Notes: generated from the letters alone by a model not told the origin. A stretch of 64,000 nt of DNA from Octopus sinensis (GCF_006345805.1 NC_042998.1:17980001-18044000), one strand, 5' to 3'; positions 11,650-26,006 are shown, counted from the stretch's first letter. A program made the numbers and translations.

Positions 11650-13120
11650 CATTTCCTATTGCGAATTGAAACTTTTTTGCAGTCTTTTACTCTTTGCTTT
11701 GTTGAACGAAAGTTCGTTCATTTTTTCTGTAGGAATCAACAGTAATCTCCTATCATATGTTGGCTTAAGTTCTCTCGAATGGGACTTCTGTGGGAGATGC
11801 TCAAACTGCTCTTCCTTTACTGCCCAAAGTTTGGCAGAAAGAAGTCAACATTAGAGCGTTAAGAATTTAATCTCCGAGGCATTCTTCATAATATTTCCTT
11901 TGAATTTCAACGTATATTTTCCGAAGAAAAGATACTTATCAACTTAGTTTTTCCATGTTAATTTCGTTCCACCGTCGGCTTCTAACTACGAATCTGTGAG
12001 ATCTCTATTCAATTTATTCATGCAATATCCAAAATCCTATATTGAGGATCCATACACTTCACGAATGTTTTTATCTGGTCCGCTTTAATGTAAAGTGATG
12101 GTTTTTATATATTCTGAGATAGTCACCCACAGTTAGTTTTGTGCTTTATATTCTCCAATAACACATTCAGTTTCGGATGGTTTATTTTCCATCGTGATTT
12201 CTCTCCCTCTTGCTAATCCATATATACAACAAGCTCTTATGATTTATGCATGCAAAACTGGAATACATGAGACTTTAGGGTGATCACAGATATTCTAAAT
12301 TTAATTCTTGCATTTGATGAGCCTTAAGATTAGTTTGATGGTTTCACGTGCTTCATAAATTCAAGCAAAATCTACTTGAAGATTTGAAGACTTCTGAATG
12401 GTATTGTGCAATATATCCAGTTTTAAAACTCACTTTAATAGAGTCAATAAAATTTCTCCAACTTTTGGGATCACAGTCTCAACTAACATCTTCTATGTAA
12501 GTACTGGTATAACTCAGTAATAATAAATGCATTTCTCTTTGAGGTAAAATGGGGAATTATTCATCTAATGAGGGACAGAATCAGAAAGATGTGGTGTTTA
12601 GTTGAAGAAAATTCCATTCTGGTATTGAGGAACTTGACCAATCTACAAGTATTTCAGCTTCTACAACATAATGACCAATCTTTAGTGGAACTATTGTATG
12701 GGATGTTATTGTTGTACCTGCTGGCGGAAATTACCCCGTTATGTGGTACGTCTTTTAAAATTGGTTTTCTGTTTGATTAATTGGTTTTTGATAAATATAT
12801 GTTTGTGAAAACGGCTACCTTTGTCGTGTAAAAATTAACTGTCATCATAGTTATTTTTGTGCGCACACAACAAGTCATGGAAACTGAAAATATCCCCGGG
12901 TAAAAAAGCAAGACAATGTATTGATTTTAATGTGGACACATAATGTAACTAGAATTTAACTTCACAAATACTGGACGTAAAATAAGAATAGCAAATGCAG
13001 ATTTGAAATAAGCTTACGCATATTACGTAGGAAGAATTGTGTTTTCCAGCAAAAATATATTACATGGTTGGACGTATACGCGTATGATTCATTGATTACG
13101 AACGGAATTTCACATCAGTA
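11650..13120 (-). mobile_element. Chapaev3-like (CMC superfamily) DNA transposase fossil
   Basis: Decayed motifs KNNYDD..F.TTKVA.FTN, DCDPKSWRNFIDSIKVSFK (about 12420-12478), LYIK..QIKTFVKCMDP (about 12045-12095) match the Chapaev3 transposase as I recall it. Confidence 0.7.
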
Positions 13121-13745
13121 AAGCAGCTAGATGTACTGCACTCACCCAGAGGCTATTTAACATTTAGAACATAAAGCAGAATAACATTGTACACGATGCA
13201 TTTTAAGAACAACCGCCAATACAATTAATTGTCCGAAGCTATATCAGTCTGGCCATTAGAAGAATCTAAATTATTGCTGGTCCTTATAATACAAAATATT
13301 AATTTTGTCACAAAAGATATTACATTCTACAGAACTCTGAACAATGAAGAGTGAATTTTACTTCCTGCAGATATCTGTGAGAATTTCAAAAGTTGGCCTT
13401 TTTCAACATTATATTCAAAGTATAGAATATTCCTCATCATTTCTGTTTTAGATTGTATTATTTTCGTCTTAATATTTTTCGAAAGAGCTGCTGTTAATGG
13501 ACGAATAAAAAATGCAGAAAAAGATCATATCTTTGGATCTTGTTTAGTCAGAAAAATATTAGAAGAGAAAAATATATTCTAGAATTTCCGTTGTTTGATG
13601 TCGTAGGCAGTTGGTTCAAAGATTCATCAATAATATAAGAAAATCAGACAAAAATGTTATACGTTTTCAGAAATCTTTTATTGCAGTTAGAGAATAAAAG
13701 TTGTACACGAGTCAGTAAGAAAATACTTTATGTAATCGCCTGAAC

Positions 13746-14163
13746 TACTCTTACTCTTTACACTTTTACTTGTTTCATTCATTTGACTGCGGCCATGCTG
13801 GAGCACCGCCTTTAGTCGAGCAACGCGACCCCAGGACTTATTCTTTTGTAAGCCCAGTACTTATTCTATCGGTCTCTTTTGCCGAACCGCTAAGTGACGG
13901 GGACGTAAACACACCAGCATCGGTTGTCAAGCAATGCTAAGGGGACAAACACAGACACACAAACACATACACACACACATATATATATATACATATACAC
14001 GACGGGCTTCTTTCAGTTTCCGTCTACCAAATCCACTCACAAGTCTTTGGTCGGCCCGGGGCTATAGCAGAAGACACTTGCCCAAGATGCCACGCAGTGG
14101 GACTGAACCCGGAACCATGTGGTTGGTTAGCAAGCTACTTACCACACAGCCGCTCCTGCGTCT
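13746..14163 (-). mobile_element. SINE family A, full length
   Basis: tRNA-like head, CORE-like ttgggcaagtgtctt, internal (TA/CA)n, (AAGAGT)n tail. Confidence 0.9.
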
Positions 14164-14604
14164 ATCTAGTAAAAATAATAGCAAAATCAACCTCATGTTA
14201 TACGTTAGCGTCTACAGAGGCTTTACGTCAGAGATACAATTAGGTTTCCTAATTATTCAAGAGCAGATACATTATATTTTACTCCTTTCATTCGAGCTTC
14301 TAAGTATTTCATTGATCTCTCCGCAAGTTTAAGGGATATAAAGAAACGTAAACATTAACACTGAGATGTACATCGTTGTACATAAACACACACACACATG
14401 CATAAACACACATATGTAGGGAGGAAGAAAGCGAGAGAGAGAGAGAGAGAGAGAGAAGAAGAAGAAAAAAAAAAAAGAAAGAGAGGGAAAGAGAAGGAAA
14501 AATATGTCCATGTTCTCGGTTGATTCAGGTGTGATTGAAAATAAGTTACCACGTTGTGCCTATATATACATATAGACAACATGCTTGATCGCCAAAGTCC
14601 ATAA

Positions 14605-14775
14605 ATTTTTCTTTATTCTCTCTATTTTTATATTCTCTAATTCCGTTCTGATGAAGAGCGTAGGCTCGGAACATAAAAGACTCTCACTTTACCAAGCATC
14701 AAACTAACATACCTGCTTGTTGTTCATACACCTGTCGTTGTCTTTTGTTTTTCTGTAAATTTCAACCGTATACAC
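14605..14775 (+). mobile_element. PLE pLTR-like repeat with decayed hammerhead (about 14645-14680)
   Basis: CTGATGA-A-GAGC gtag GCTC-GGAAC (A13 mutated); same family as 41115-41275 and 47165-47310. Confidence 0.7.
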
Positions 14776-14799
14776 AAACACACACACACACACATACAC

Positions 14800-14985
14800 A
14801 TATACTCTTTTACATGTTTCAGTCATTTGAAATGCTGGAACATCGCCTGAAGTCGACGAAATCGACCCCAGGACTTATTCTTTGTAATCATAGTATTTAC
14901 TATATCGATCTCTTTTACCGAACCGTTAATTTTCTGGGACATGAACACACCAGCATCGGGTGGGGGTACAAACATAGACGCAACC
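14800..14985 (-). mobile_element. SINE family A 3' part
   Basis: Matches family A 3' half. Confidence 0.8.
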
Positions 14986-15004
14986 ATTAATTAACCCTTA
15001 TTTC

Positions 15005-15265
15005 ACATCTTCATCCGTAGGAAATCGACGGACTCGTAAACCAATTTTGAGCGGTCCAAAAATATGATAGTCGGAAGGGGCGAGATATGGGCTGTAGCAG
15101 GGTGTTCCAGCACCTCAAAATCCAGTTGGTTAATGGTTTCAACGGTCTGCAGTGTCGTGCAACAACAACATTTTCTTCGACAATAAGCTTCAGCATTTTG
15201 TGTGAATTGCTGGCGTGAGTATCTTTGTCAGCAAAGCACTGTATCTTGCACTGTTGATCGTATAC
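15005..15265 (-). mobile_element. Mariner transposase C-terminal fragment
   Basis: TVETINQLDFEVLEHP..SP.LAPSDYHIFGPLK across a frameshift (YSPDLAPSD motif). Confidence 0.85.
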
Positions 15266-15266
15266 C

Positions 15267-15652
15267 GGAGGCGCAATGACCCAGTGGTTAGGGCAGCGGA
15301 CTCGCGGTCATAGGATGTCGGTTTCGATTCCAGACCGGGCGTTGTGAGTGTTTATTGAGCGAAAACACCTAAAAGTCCCACGATGCTCCGGCAGGGGATG
15401 GTGGTGATCCCTGTTGTACTCTTTCACCACAACTTTCTCTCACTCTTACTTCCTGTTTCTGTTGTACCTGTATTTCAAGGGGCCGGCCTTGTCACTCTCT
15501 GTGTCACGCTGAATATCCCCGAGAACTACGTTAAGGGTACACGTGTCTGTGGAGTGCTCATCCACTTACACGTTAATTTCACGAGCAGGCTGTTCCGTTG
15601 ATTCGGATCAACCGGAACCCTCGTCGTCGTAACCGACGGAGTGCTTCCATCC
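15267..15652 (+). mobile_element. SINE family C, full length
   Basis: tRNA-like head ggaggcgcaatgacccagtggttaggg...gtttcgattcc; reverse copy at 26958-27338. Confidence 0.9.
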
Positions 15653-15889
15653 ATCATATACTCCTTTTACATAGAAATCAGATCACGACACTTTGTTCTA
15701 TTGTGGTTCACATTGCTAGTAGAATGGCCATGCTTACACTGTAAAGCGAGGAAGTAAAATTGGTGGAATCGGGCTAAGACTTCGATCACGTGACCACAAT
15801 ATTACCAACTATAAGCACGCATGTGCAGAAGACAGTGTGACAATAATACAGATATGTTATAGCGAAAGTTTGGATAAATTTTGACGTCT

Positions 15890-16058
15890 CCTCGTACACA
15901 CACACACACATGTACACACACATGTACACACACATGTACACACATATATAAATATATATATATATGTATGTCTATATATATGATGGGTATATATATATGT
16001 ATGCATATATATATATATAATGTATATATATATGCATATATATATATGCATATATATA

Positions 16059-16134
<76 letters not shown>

Positions 16135-16176
16135 CATTCTTGCTGAGAGCATCTCATCTTTTTACATATACATAAA

Positions 16177-16239
<63 letters not shown>

Positions 16240-16443
16240 CATATATTTGTATTATATATATATATATATATATAATATATATATATAATGTATATATATA
16301 TGCATATATATATGCATATATATATGCATATATATATATATATATAATATATATATATGCATATATATATATATATATTATATATATATATATATACACA
16401 TACATCTTGCTGAGAGCATCTCATCTTTTTACATATACATAAA

Positions 16444-16511
<68 letters not shown>

Positions 16512-16626
16512 CTATCTATATACATATATTTGTATATATATATATATATATATAATATAAATATATATACACACATATATACACATATATATATACACAT
16601 ATATATATATATATATACATTCGATC

Positions 16627-16674
<48 letters not shown>

Positions 16675-16795
16675 TGCATATATATATACATACATACATA
16701 TATATATAGATAGATATATACATACATACATATATACATACACACACACATACATATATGTATATATGCATGTATTTATGTATGTATATGTAAAA
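15890..16795. repeat. Compound (TA)n field with a duplicated unique 55-bp core
   Basis: cttgctgagagcatctcatctttttacatatacataaagac at about 16139-16179 and 16406-16446. Confidence 0.9.
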
Positions 16796-17284
16796 AAGAC
16801 GAGATGCACTAGGTGAGAATGTCATTGATCAAAGTTCTCTTCGGTCACCTCCCCTTGGGATAAAACAACAAATGAAATAAACAGAAATAACCACAGGAAG
16901 ATGATTAACAGCAGCCATCGTCATGTGATAAGTGAATCACACCTAGAAACTGTTTGAATATGAAATAAAAGTCATCACAACATTTCAAAGAAACGAAAGA
17001 AAAACATAAAGAGAAAACGAGAGATTAGATTAGCTCATATTTTATATGAGCGATAAATAGACTGTTCGTTCCTTTAATATATTCAGAAAGCAGCTGGAAT
17101 CATAATAGAGTGCGAGATGATGCTATGAAATATGAATGATTACTTGTATAACCATTTCGTGTCGATTTATTATTTGATTAGCTTTCAAAAGGAAGAAAAA
17201 CGCAAATCAGAAAGAACAACACAACAAACAAACAAACAAAATAATAATAATAACACCACCGACAACGGCAACAGTAACGAATAC

Positions 17285-17559
17285 GAAGACGATGATGATG
17301 ACGATTGCGATGGTGGTGGTGGTAGTGGTGGCGATGATGGTGGTGGTGGTAGCGGAAATTATAGTGGTGATGGAATGACGGTGATGACAATGATGATGAT
17401 GATGATGATGAAGAGTGTGATGATGATAATGATACTGATGATGGCGATGATGATGAAGATGATGATGACGATGATGATGAAAATGATGATGGTGATGATG
17501 ATGCTGATGACGACGACGATGATGATGATGATGATGATGATAATGATGATGACGACGAC

Positions 17560-17593
<34 letters not shown>

Positions 17594-17660
17594 CCGATGA
17601 TGATGCTGATGATGCCGACGACGACGATGATGATGATGATGATGATGATGATAATGAAAA
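17285..17660. repeat. (GAT)n/(GGT)n/(GAC)n trinucleotide tract
   Basis: Direct reading; source of spurious poly-Met/Ser ORFs. Confidence 0.95.
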
Positions 17661-18039
17661 AATATAGGAAAACGAAAAGAAGTTGTGTTGCCTGGACTTA
17701 AGTGGAGAGAAATGAAAGCTGGATAAGATGAAGCAAAATAATGAGAAAGCGAAAGAGGAGGAGGAAAAGGATGAGGATGAGGAGGAGAACGGAAACCATA
17801 ACAAAAAACAAATACTAAACACTAAAACACAAAAAACAAACAGAAAACAATAACGATAATATTACTAATAATTACGTGAATCTGTAGGTCGTTAACTGTT
17901 ATCAAAAATCAAGCACAAAATATTTGTTGAAAGCAAGATCCGACAGTTGAACAAAACGTCTGAAAATTTATTGCTTCCATCAGGCAACCACATAATGGTC
18001 AAATGAAAAGGATTCTTTAAAAACGTAAGAAAAATACTA

Positions 18040-18505
18040 ATGAAAAAATAAAAAGCAAAATAATAAAAAATAGTTTAATAAAAAGAAATAATAAAAATAA
18101 TATAAAATAGTTTAATAGAATGAAAAAATAAAAAGCAAAATAATAAAATAAATAGTTTAATAAAATGAAATAATAAAAATTATATAAAATAAATAGTTTA
18201 ATAAAATGAAATAATAATAATAATATAAAATAAATAGTTTAACAAAATAAAATAGTAAAAATAATATAAAATAAATAGTTTAATAAAATGAAATAATAAA
18301 AATAATATAAAATAAATAGTTTAATAAAATGAAATAATAAAAATTATATAAAATAAATAGTTTAATAAAATGAAATAATAAAAATAATATAAAATAAATA
18401 GTTTAATAAAATGAAATAATAAAAATTATATAAAATAAATAGTTTAATAAAATGAAATAATAAAAATAATATAAAATAAATAGTTTAATAAAATGAAATA
18501 TAAAC
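18040..18505. repeat. AT-rich minisatellite, unit about 42 bp
   Basis: aataaaatgaaataataaaaataatataaaataaatagttt repeated about 11 times. Confidence 0.9.
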
Positions 18506-18794
18506 AATTACAATCTATTTCACTGAACTCATTTCAAATTAATCAGTATTGAGTTCTTTTTTCTTTCCTTTTCTTTCTTTTTCGTTTTGAGTAGAAGAAA
18601 GAAAGAAGAAAGAAAGGCGATCTTTTTTTCTGTTTTATAAAAATTTCGCCATTCAAGGTTTTTGTTTTCCGCTTCCAACATATAATGATCAACTACCATC
18701 AGCAACTTGCACCCGGCCGCCCTGCTCCTCCTGCTCCTGCTCCTGCTCCTGATCTCCTCCTCCTGATCTCCTCCTCCTACTCCCCCTCAACATC

Positions 18795-19109
18795 TTCATC
18801 ATCATCATTATCATCATCATCATCATCACCATCTTCGACTTAACTGATTACCGTTCTGTTCGACTGTCTTTTTGCCCTCCGCCAAATTCTCGTATTCGCA
18901 ATCACGACCCGTATCCTCATCTTCAACAGATTCATCATGATCGTTATCAACATCATCATTATCGTTGTCATCATCATCATCATCATCATCGTCGTCGTCG
19001 TCGTCATCGTCGTCGAAAATGTCCTTCTCCACTTCATCGTCGTCGCCGTTCGAATAACAACAAAATAATAATAATAATAGTAATAATAATAACAATAATA
19101 ATAATAGTA

Positions 19110-19140
<31 letters not shown>

Positions 19141-19181
19141 AATGATAATAATAATAATAATGATAATAAAAATAATAATAA

Positions 19182-19226
<45 letters not shown>

Positions 19227-19228
19227 TA

Positions 19229-19270
<42 letters not shown>

Positions 19271-19287
19271 TGATGATGATGATGATG

Positions 19288-19330
<43 letters not shown>

Positions 19331-19450
19331 TAATAACAATAATATAATAATAATAAAAATAATATAATAATAATAATATAATAATATAATAATGATAATA
19401 ATAATAATAATAATAATAATAATATAATAATGATGATGATGATGATGATG

Positions 19451-19495
<45 letters not shown>

Positions 19496-19515
19496 TAATG
19501 ATAATAACAACAAGA
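18795..19515. repeat. (CAT)n and (TAA)n microsatellites
   Basis: Direct reading. Confidence 0.9.
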
Positions 19516-19818
19516 AAAATCTTACTATGACTGTTAATGACACGAATCGGTTTTTTTTTTCTGGCAACACAGTTTAAAAAAGGGTGCCGGAATTACGAGC
19601 AAATAAACTACAGGAGTGTTGGTGATTAGATTTCGTCTTATTTCCTGTATCTGACAGCTAGATAATGATGTGGTACAAGAATACACAAGAAATGTTCTAC
19701 TGAACATTAACGTGTACATATACATATACACACATATATATATATAAGTATTCAGACACATACACACACACACACATATATATATACATACATATGCATA
19801 CACATACACACACAAAAC

Positions 19819-19852
<34 letters not shown>

Positions 19853-19973
19853 ATGTGTGTATCCGTGTATGTTGGTATATGCGTAATATATATCGTTCCA
19901 GTTACATGGAAGTGTTTGGTTCAGATAGACTTATAAAGGGCTACTACATCATCGTTTAATTTCTCAATATATA

Positions 19974-20140
19974 GGCGTAGGAGTGGCTGTGTGGTAAGTA
20001 GCTTGCTTACCAACCACATGGTTCCGGGTTCAGTCCCACTGCGTGGTATCTTGGGCAAGTGTCTTCTACTATAACCTCGGGCCGACCAAAGCCTTGTGAG
20101 TGGATTTCGTAGATGGAAACTGAAAGAAGCCCGTCGTATG

Positions 20141-20177
<37 letters not shown>

Positions 20178-20397
20178 ATGCTTGTGTGTGTATATGTTCG
20201 TGTGTCTGTGTTTGACCCCCAACATCGCTTGACAGCCGATGCTGGTGTGTTTACGTCCCCGTAACTTAGAGGTTCGGCAAAAGAGTCCGATAGAATAAGT
20301 ACTAGGCTTACAAAGAATAAGTCCTGGGGTCGACTTGCTCGACTAAAGGCGGTGCTCCTGCATGGCTGCAGTCAAATGACTGAAATAAGTAAAAAAG
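19974..20397 (+). mobile_element. SINE family A, full length
   Basis: Family A consensus. Confidence 0.9.
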
Positions 20398-21207
20398 TAT
20401 ATATAGGTATATATCATTTAAAAAATGTATATCCCCGTTTAAAGTCTTACGTTCGAAGTTCATACATATTTTACATTTTCTAATAATATATAATGGTAAA
20501 AGTGCCAGGCATAAATATTGCTTTCGTTTACAGGCGCACGGTTGTTATGTTATGCTCTTTAGCAAGTTCAATGAATCCAGACGAAAAGAGAAACGAGCTG
20601 TCAGTCAGAGGTAATCATGTGATGGACTGCTGTCCCATTCATCACATACAGTTTACCCTACATAAAGAAAAGCACATCGCTTCCATTTACATTAGTAGTT
20701 ACAGTAAACCCACTGTCGACAAGCAGAGGAATGGTGATTAAATAGCTGGTGACACTTTTTACTGATACTCCCATATAATTTACTTCCAGAATAATTACTT
20801 ATATTTCCATAAACTTAGTTTTAAAAAAAGTTAGTAGTGGAATTTGAAGCCAAAAGTAACGTGACGTTTTCTGACTAACATGCCGAATCATGCAGCAAAA
20901 AACAGCACAGACTGATGCAAGTACCAGTTAGTCATAAACTCAAGCAATATTAGTAGCAATCAGCAGAGAATAGGAGTGTGTAGCACGAGTATTCAACCAA
21001 TACTGTTACGTGACCTGTAATATCTATTTTGATCGAGCTTGACCTTGTTAGAAGCACGAGTAATTCAAGTAGCCATGGGAAATATATTACTCAGAGACAA
21101 GTAACCGGACAATCCTTCTGCAGCCATGGATTGAATGTCCCTGCGCGCCAAGATGTCTCTCTCTCACAATATATATGTATGCATGTGTATATATATATAT
21201 ATATATA

Positions 21208-21300
<93 letters not shown>

Positions 21301-21531
21301 GACATGATTATTCAGCTTTTCATTGTGCGACCTACAAAAATGAGTTGTTAATAGCGATCAAATGTTCGTGCTACACATCAGCTCATTCCCACCATCAAAT
21401 CGCCTTTGCCTGAACAAGTGGACGGGGGACCCGAATCAGGTGACGAAGTATATGTATATGTATTTGTATATGTATATGTTTATGTCTATGTATATATACA
21501 TATATATATATACATACATACATATATATAT

Positions 21532-21603
<72 letters not shown>

Positions 21604-21763
21604 CATAGGAAATTTCTATTTGTAAATCTCTCAACTAGAGACATTCAGTAACAGTACTCTAGAGTAAATATTATTTGCCAATGGGTCTAAGCAACTATAA
21701 TATTCGTCCTAAACCAGGACTGCCACATTATATTGGCAAATAATCTTTAATATATATATATGT

Positions 21764-21802
<39 letters not shown>

Positions 21803-22002
21803 TATATATATTTGAAAACAGAAAAATAATGACTTAACTGGTAGTTCTAAGCACTTGAGTTAAATATTTTTAAAATTTTAATAATATAAATTGAAAAATA
21901 ATAAATTAAACTGATTAGAACTAGCACTGAAGTTATTCTTTTTTCTTTTTTTAAATATACCTAACTGCACCAAGGATCTCACACATTTCCAGTATATGTA
22001 TA

Positions 22003-23658
22003 TATATGATGTCAGCCACTCGTGACCGAGGAAGACCATTGCTGACCTTCAGGAACATTGTGCGCTCTAGGACTAACTTATATTTTGTATTAGGCGGCGA
22101 GCTGGCAGAAGCGTTAGCACGCCGGGCGAAATGCGTATCCGTATTTCGTCTGCCGTTACGTTCTGAGTTCAAATTCCGCCGATGTCGACTTTGCCTTTCA
22201 TCCTTTCTGGGTCGATAAATTAAGTACCAGTTAAGCACTGGGGTCGATGTAATCGTCTTAATCCGTTTGTCTGTCCTTGTTTGTCTCCTCTATGTTTAGC
22301 CCCTTGTGGGTAATAAAGAAACATATATTTTGTATTTGCAGCTCCGTTGGTGGCTAATGAAACTTGCTCTTGACAAGCATACACGACCGCAAACATTGCA
22401 GACCAAGCTTTCCCCATTCACTACACCAGCCGTGAGCTTTCGAGCAGCATGCTTGAGTTCTTCATGCTGAATACCTGCTCTCTCAAAAGTGACGACCCCC
22501 TCCTTAACCGGCTTCCTCCATCTGTGACGATGACAGGCATTGTTTTTCCAGTCAGTTTCCTGCATATCACAGGCCTTTAATGAGGACTTGACACAGTCCT
22601 TTAATTGCAGCCTTGGTTTCTGCCGGGGTCTCTTTCCATTCACAAGTTCCCTGTAGAGAATGGTGTCAAGCAGGGTGACATACTTGCCCCAACTCTCTTT
22701 TCTTTGTACTTTGCTGCTGGTTTTACTCATGCTTTTGCTAAGGTTAGATCTCTGGGAATATATGTCAGGCCTTTAATGGGGACTTGACACAGTCCTTTAA
22801 TTGCAGCCTTGGTTTCTGCCAGGGTCACTTTCCATTCACAATTTCCCTGTAGAGAATGGTGTCAAGCAGGGTGACATCCTTGCCCCAACTCTCTTTTCTT
22901 TGTACTTTGCTGCTGCTTTTACTCATGCTTTTGCTAAGGTTAGATCTCTGGGAATATATGTCAGATATCGATCTTCTGGCCGCCTCTTTAATCTGCGCAG
23001 ATTTGCTGCCAATTCAAAAGTTTTCCAGTCTCTTATTCGTGACCTCTTTAATGCTGATGACTGTGACTTAGTCACTCATACAATGGATGATACGTAACTA
23101 CTTATGAATCGTATTTCTGCTTCTTGCAAGGCACTTGAATTCAACATTAGCCTGGACATTAGCCTGTTGTAATGTTCTAAACAGCACCAGGAAATCTATA
23201 TGTGGAAACCAGCTATCTTAGTTGAAGGAACAATTCTGAAAGTTGTAGTCAAGTTCGTCTACCTGGGCAGCGAACCCAGCCGTTCTTGCTCCCTGGATGA
23301 TGAAATATCTATCAGGCTGCAGAGAGCAACTGATTTCTTCCGGTCTCTTCAGTCTCGTGTCTAGTCCCAGCATGGCATCACACGACAAACAAAAATTGCT
23401 GTATACCGTGCACGTGTACTGACATCGTTCCTTTACTCATGTGAGAAATGAACCCTTTAGAAACATCATGTAAAGGTTCTTGAACGCTATCATCAGAGAT
23501 GTCTCAGACACATTCTGAATGTTGGCAGGACCTTAAAAACTCCAGACACAAAGGTCCTGAGGACAGCTGGTATTTTGAGTATTGAGGTGATGGTGCACAA
23601 GAACCGGTTACGTTGGACCGGACACCTTATTAGAATGAAGGACAGCAGGATCCCTAAG
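22003..23658. mobile_element. RTE LINE with 5' inversion (3' part on minus 22003-22660, RT middle on plus 22650-23658)
   Basis: Plus: GVKQGDILAP, NADD, NRLRWTGHL..DSRIPK; minus: ILYRELVNGKRP..CNVCGRVC..SHQRSC then 3' UTR. Confidence 0.9.
22092..22323 (+). mobile_element. SINE family B nested in the RTE 3' end
   Basis: Flanked by 13-bp TSD tatattttgtatt (22079-22091 and 22324-22336). Confidence 0.9.
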
Positions 23659-23659
23659 C

Positions 23660-23740
<81 letters not shown>

Positions 23741-23971
23741 ATAAATATCAGTATTAATAGCGACAGAAGTAGAATGGATACCAGGAGGTAATTTTTATCT
23801 CCAGCTTAATGTGGTTGACATATGAAAACCGCCTGTCACGGCCGCCGGAATTGACACATTATGCGATTACGCTCTTATTTGAGCTCTAAAGTGATAGAGA
23901 TCAGTTCATGCCATAACAGCCCAATCTCCCGTCTACGGTATATAGAATAACAGTGTCTGTTCCAGTAATGA

Positions 23972-24025
<54 letters not shown>

Positions 24026-24089
24026 ATATCTATCTATCTATCTATCTATCTACCTACCTACCTACCTACCTACCTATCTATCTACCAAC

Positions 24090-24129
<40 letters not shown>

Positions 24130-24406
24130 ATATTTATCTATAGGGATGGTATTTTTAAAATACCGTCACGAGTCGCAAGCGGATTATCAGCCGTACAGGC
24201 AAATTAATAAATATATACATACAATATTAGATATGTAAATATATACACAAGGGCACTACATTAGCACCTATACCGCTAAAAACAGAAGTCAAAAAATACT
24301 TCTGTACCACGGGATGGTCACGAACTACTACAGACATGATAGGAAAAAATTTCAGCGAACAATAATAACGTCTTATCTCTGTCAGGTCAGAACAAGTAAT
24401 GCTAGT

Positions 24407-24443
<37 letters not shown>

Positions 24444-24445
<2 letters not shown>

Positions 24446-26006
24446 TCATTAAGAAAGCTAATAATATAATAGAAACAGACATAAACTATAAACCTACAGA
24501 CTCTAAGCAATATCTTCCATTCAATTCATGCCACCCCAGACACACCAGGATGAATATCCCCTTCAATCTAGCAAAAAGGATATGCACTATAGTCTCTAAC
24601 GCAAACACAAGAGACACACGACTACAAGAACTAAAAGATACCCTTATCACCAGGAACTATCCACCTTCACTTATTGACAAGTGCATTCAACGTGCCCTTC
24701 AACTTAACATCAAGGAACTGAGACATCCCAAATCAAAGAAAAACTTACAACCAAAAGCCTTACCATACATCTCCACACACAACCCTCTCAATAACGAAGC
24801 CTTCGGCACCATCCTCCACAACATACCCCTCCTAAAAAAAGACCACAGAATGAACACAATCCTCCAAACACACACGATCATAAAAAGCAAAAGACAGCCT
24901 AGATCCATGAAAAGTCTTCTAACACAAGCCCGAATTCACTCTTCAACACAGAAGCCGACAGTAAAAAAATGTGGAAGACCCAATTGCGGGATATGCGACT
25001 ATCTAATCGAGGGTTCTGAGTTCTCCTTCAAACAGGGACAACGGTTTACAGTGAAAAGCAACTTCACATGTGCTTCGGAGAACCTAATATACTCACTAAC
25101 CTGCTCCGGGTGTCAAGAGCAGTACATAGGCCAAACAAAAAATGGTTTGCGTAAACGAATGGCCCTGCACAGATCCCAGATAAAAATTCCCCAAAACAGA
25201 AAAATAGCTTTTAGCCAACACATAGATACTTGCGCTAACAAAAAAACACCAAACTTCAGAATTTTCCCCCTCTACCAATTTAGGGACGATACAACCTCGA
25301 GACAACGAATAAGTAAAGAAAATCTCTTTATTATAAAATACAGGCCACTTCTTAACGGGTCTACGACAAACAATTAATATAGCTCAACTTAAGAATAAAA
25401 GAAATATATATACACACACAAATATTACATTCCATAGAATCCATTACTAATCGCCCCAAAACAGCTATATCTTCACCCATTCATATTCTCCCTTCTCTGT
25501 TTTTTTCTTCTTCTCCCTCTTCTTCTTCTTCATCATCATCGTTATCATCATCATCGTCGTCATCGTCATCACCACCATCATCATCGTCATCTTCTCCTTC
25601 TCCTTCTTCTTCTTCATCGTCATCATCATCGGCACCGTCATCTTCTTCTTCTTCTTCTACTTCTCCACCTTCTACCCCCACTAATGTCTTTAAGTATAAC
25701 GCCTACGCAGCGACTGCCGGTCGCCACTGACCAGCCCAGATTTTCCCACTCCCACCCCCTCAAGAACACACAACGACCTCGAATACACAAGTGCAAACAA
25801 GGGAGTCAGAGAAAGGCAGAATGCCACATATATCTGAACACTACTATGGAAGTATTCCTTTAAAAAAACCTTTCTTCTAATTTTTCTAAATTTTTCAAAA
25901 TTTAATTATTTAATCGTTACAGTTGAAAAGGTCTCAAAATGACCGAAACCGGTACTGAAAGATTCACTATAAAATCATCTTAGCATTTTCTATTTTTGAC
26001 TTGTTT

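Noticed and set aside
15802-19570. Many long ORFs (poly-YI, poly-M, poly-S, poly-Y)
   Set aside because: Translations of microsatellites lacking stops; no coding complexity
22322-23665. catatat as TSD of the inverted RTE
   Set aside because: The left copy overlaps the TSD of the nested SINE B, and the RTE continues to about 22003
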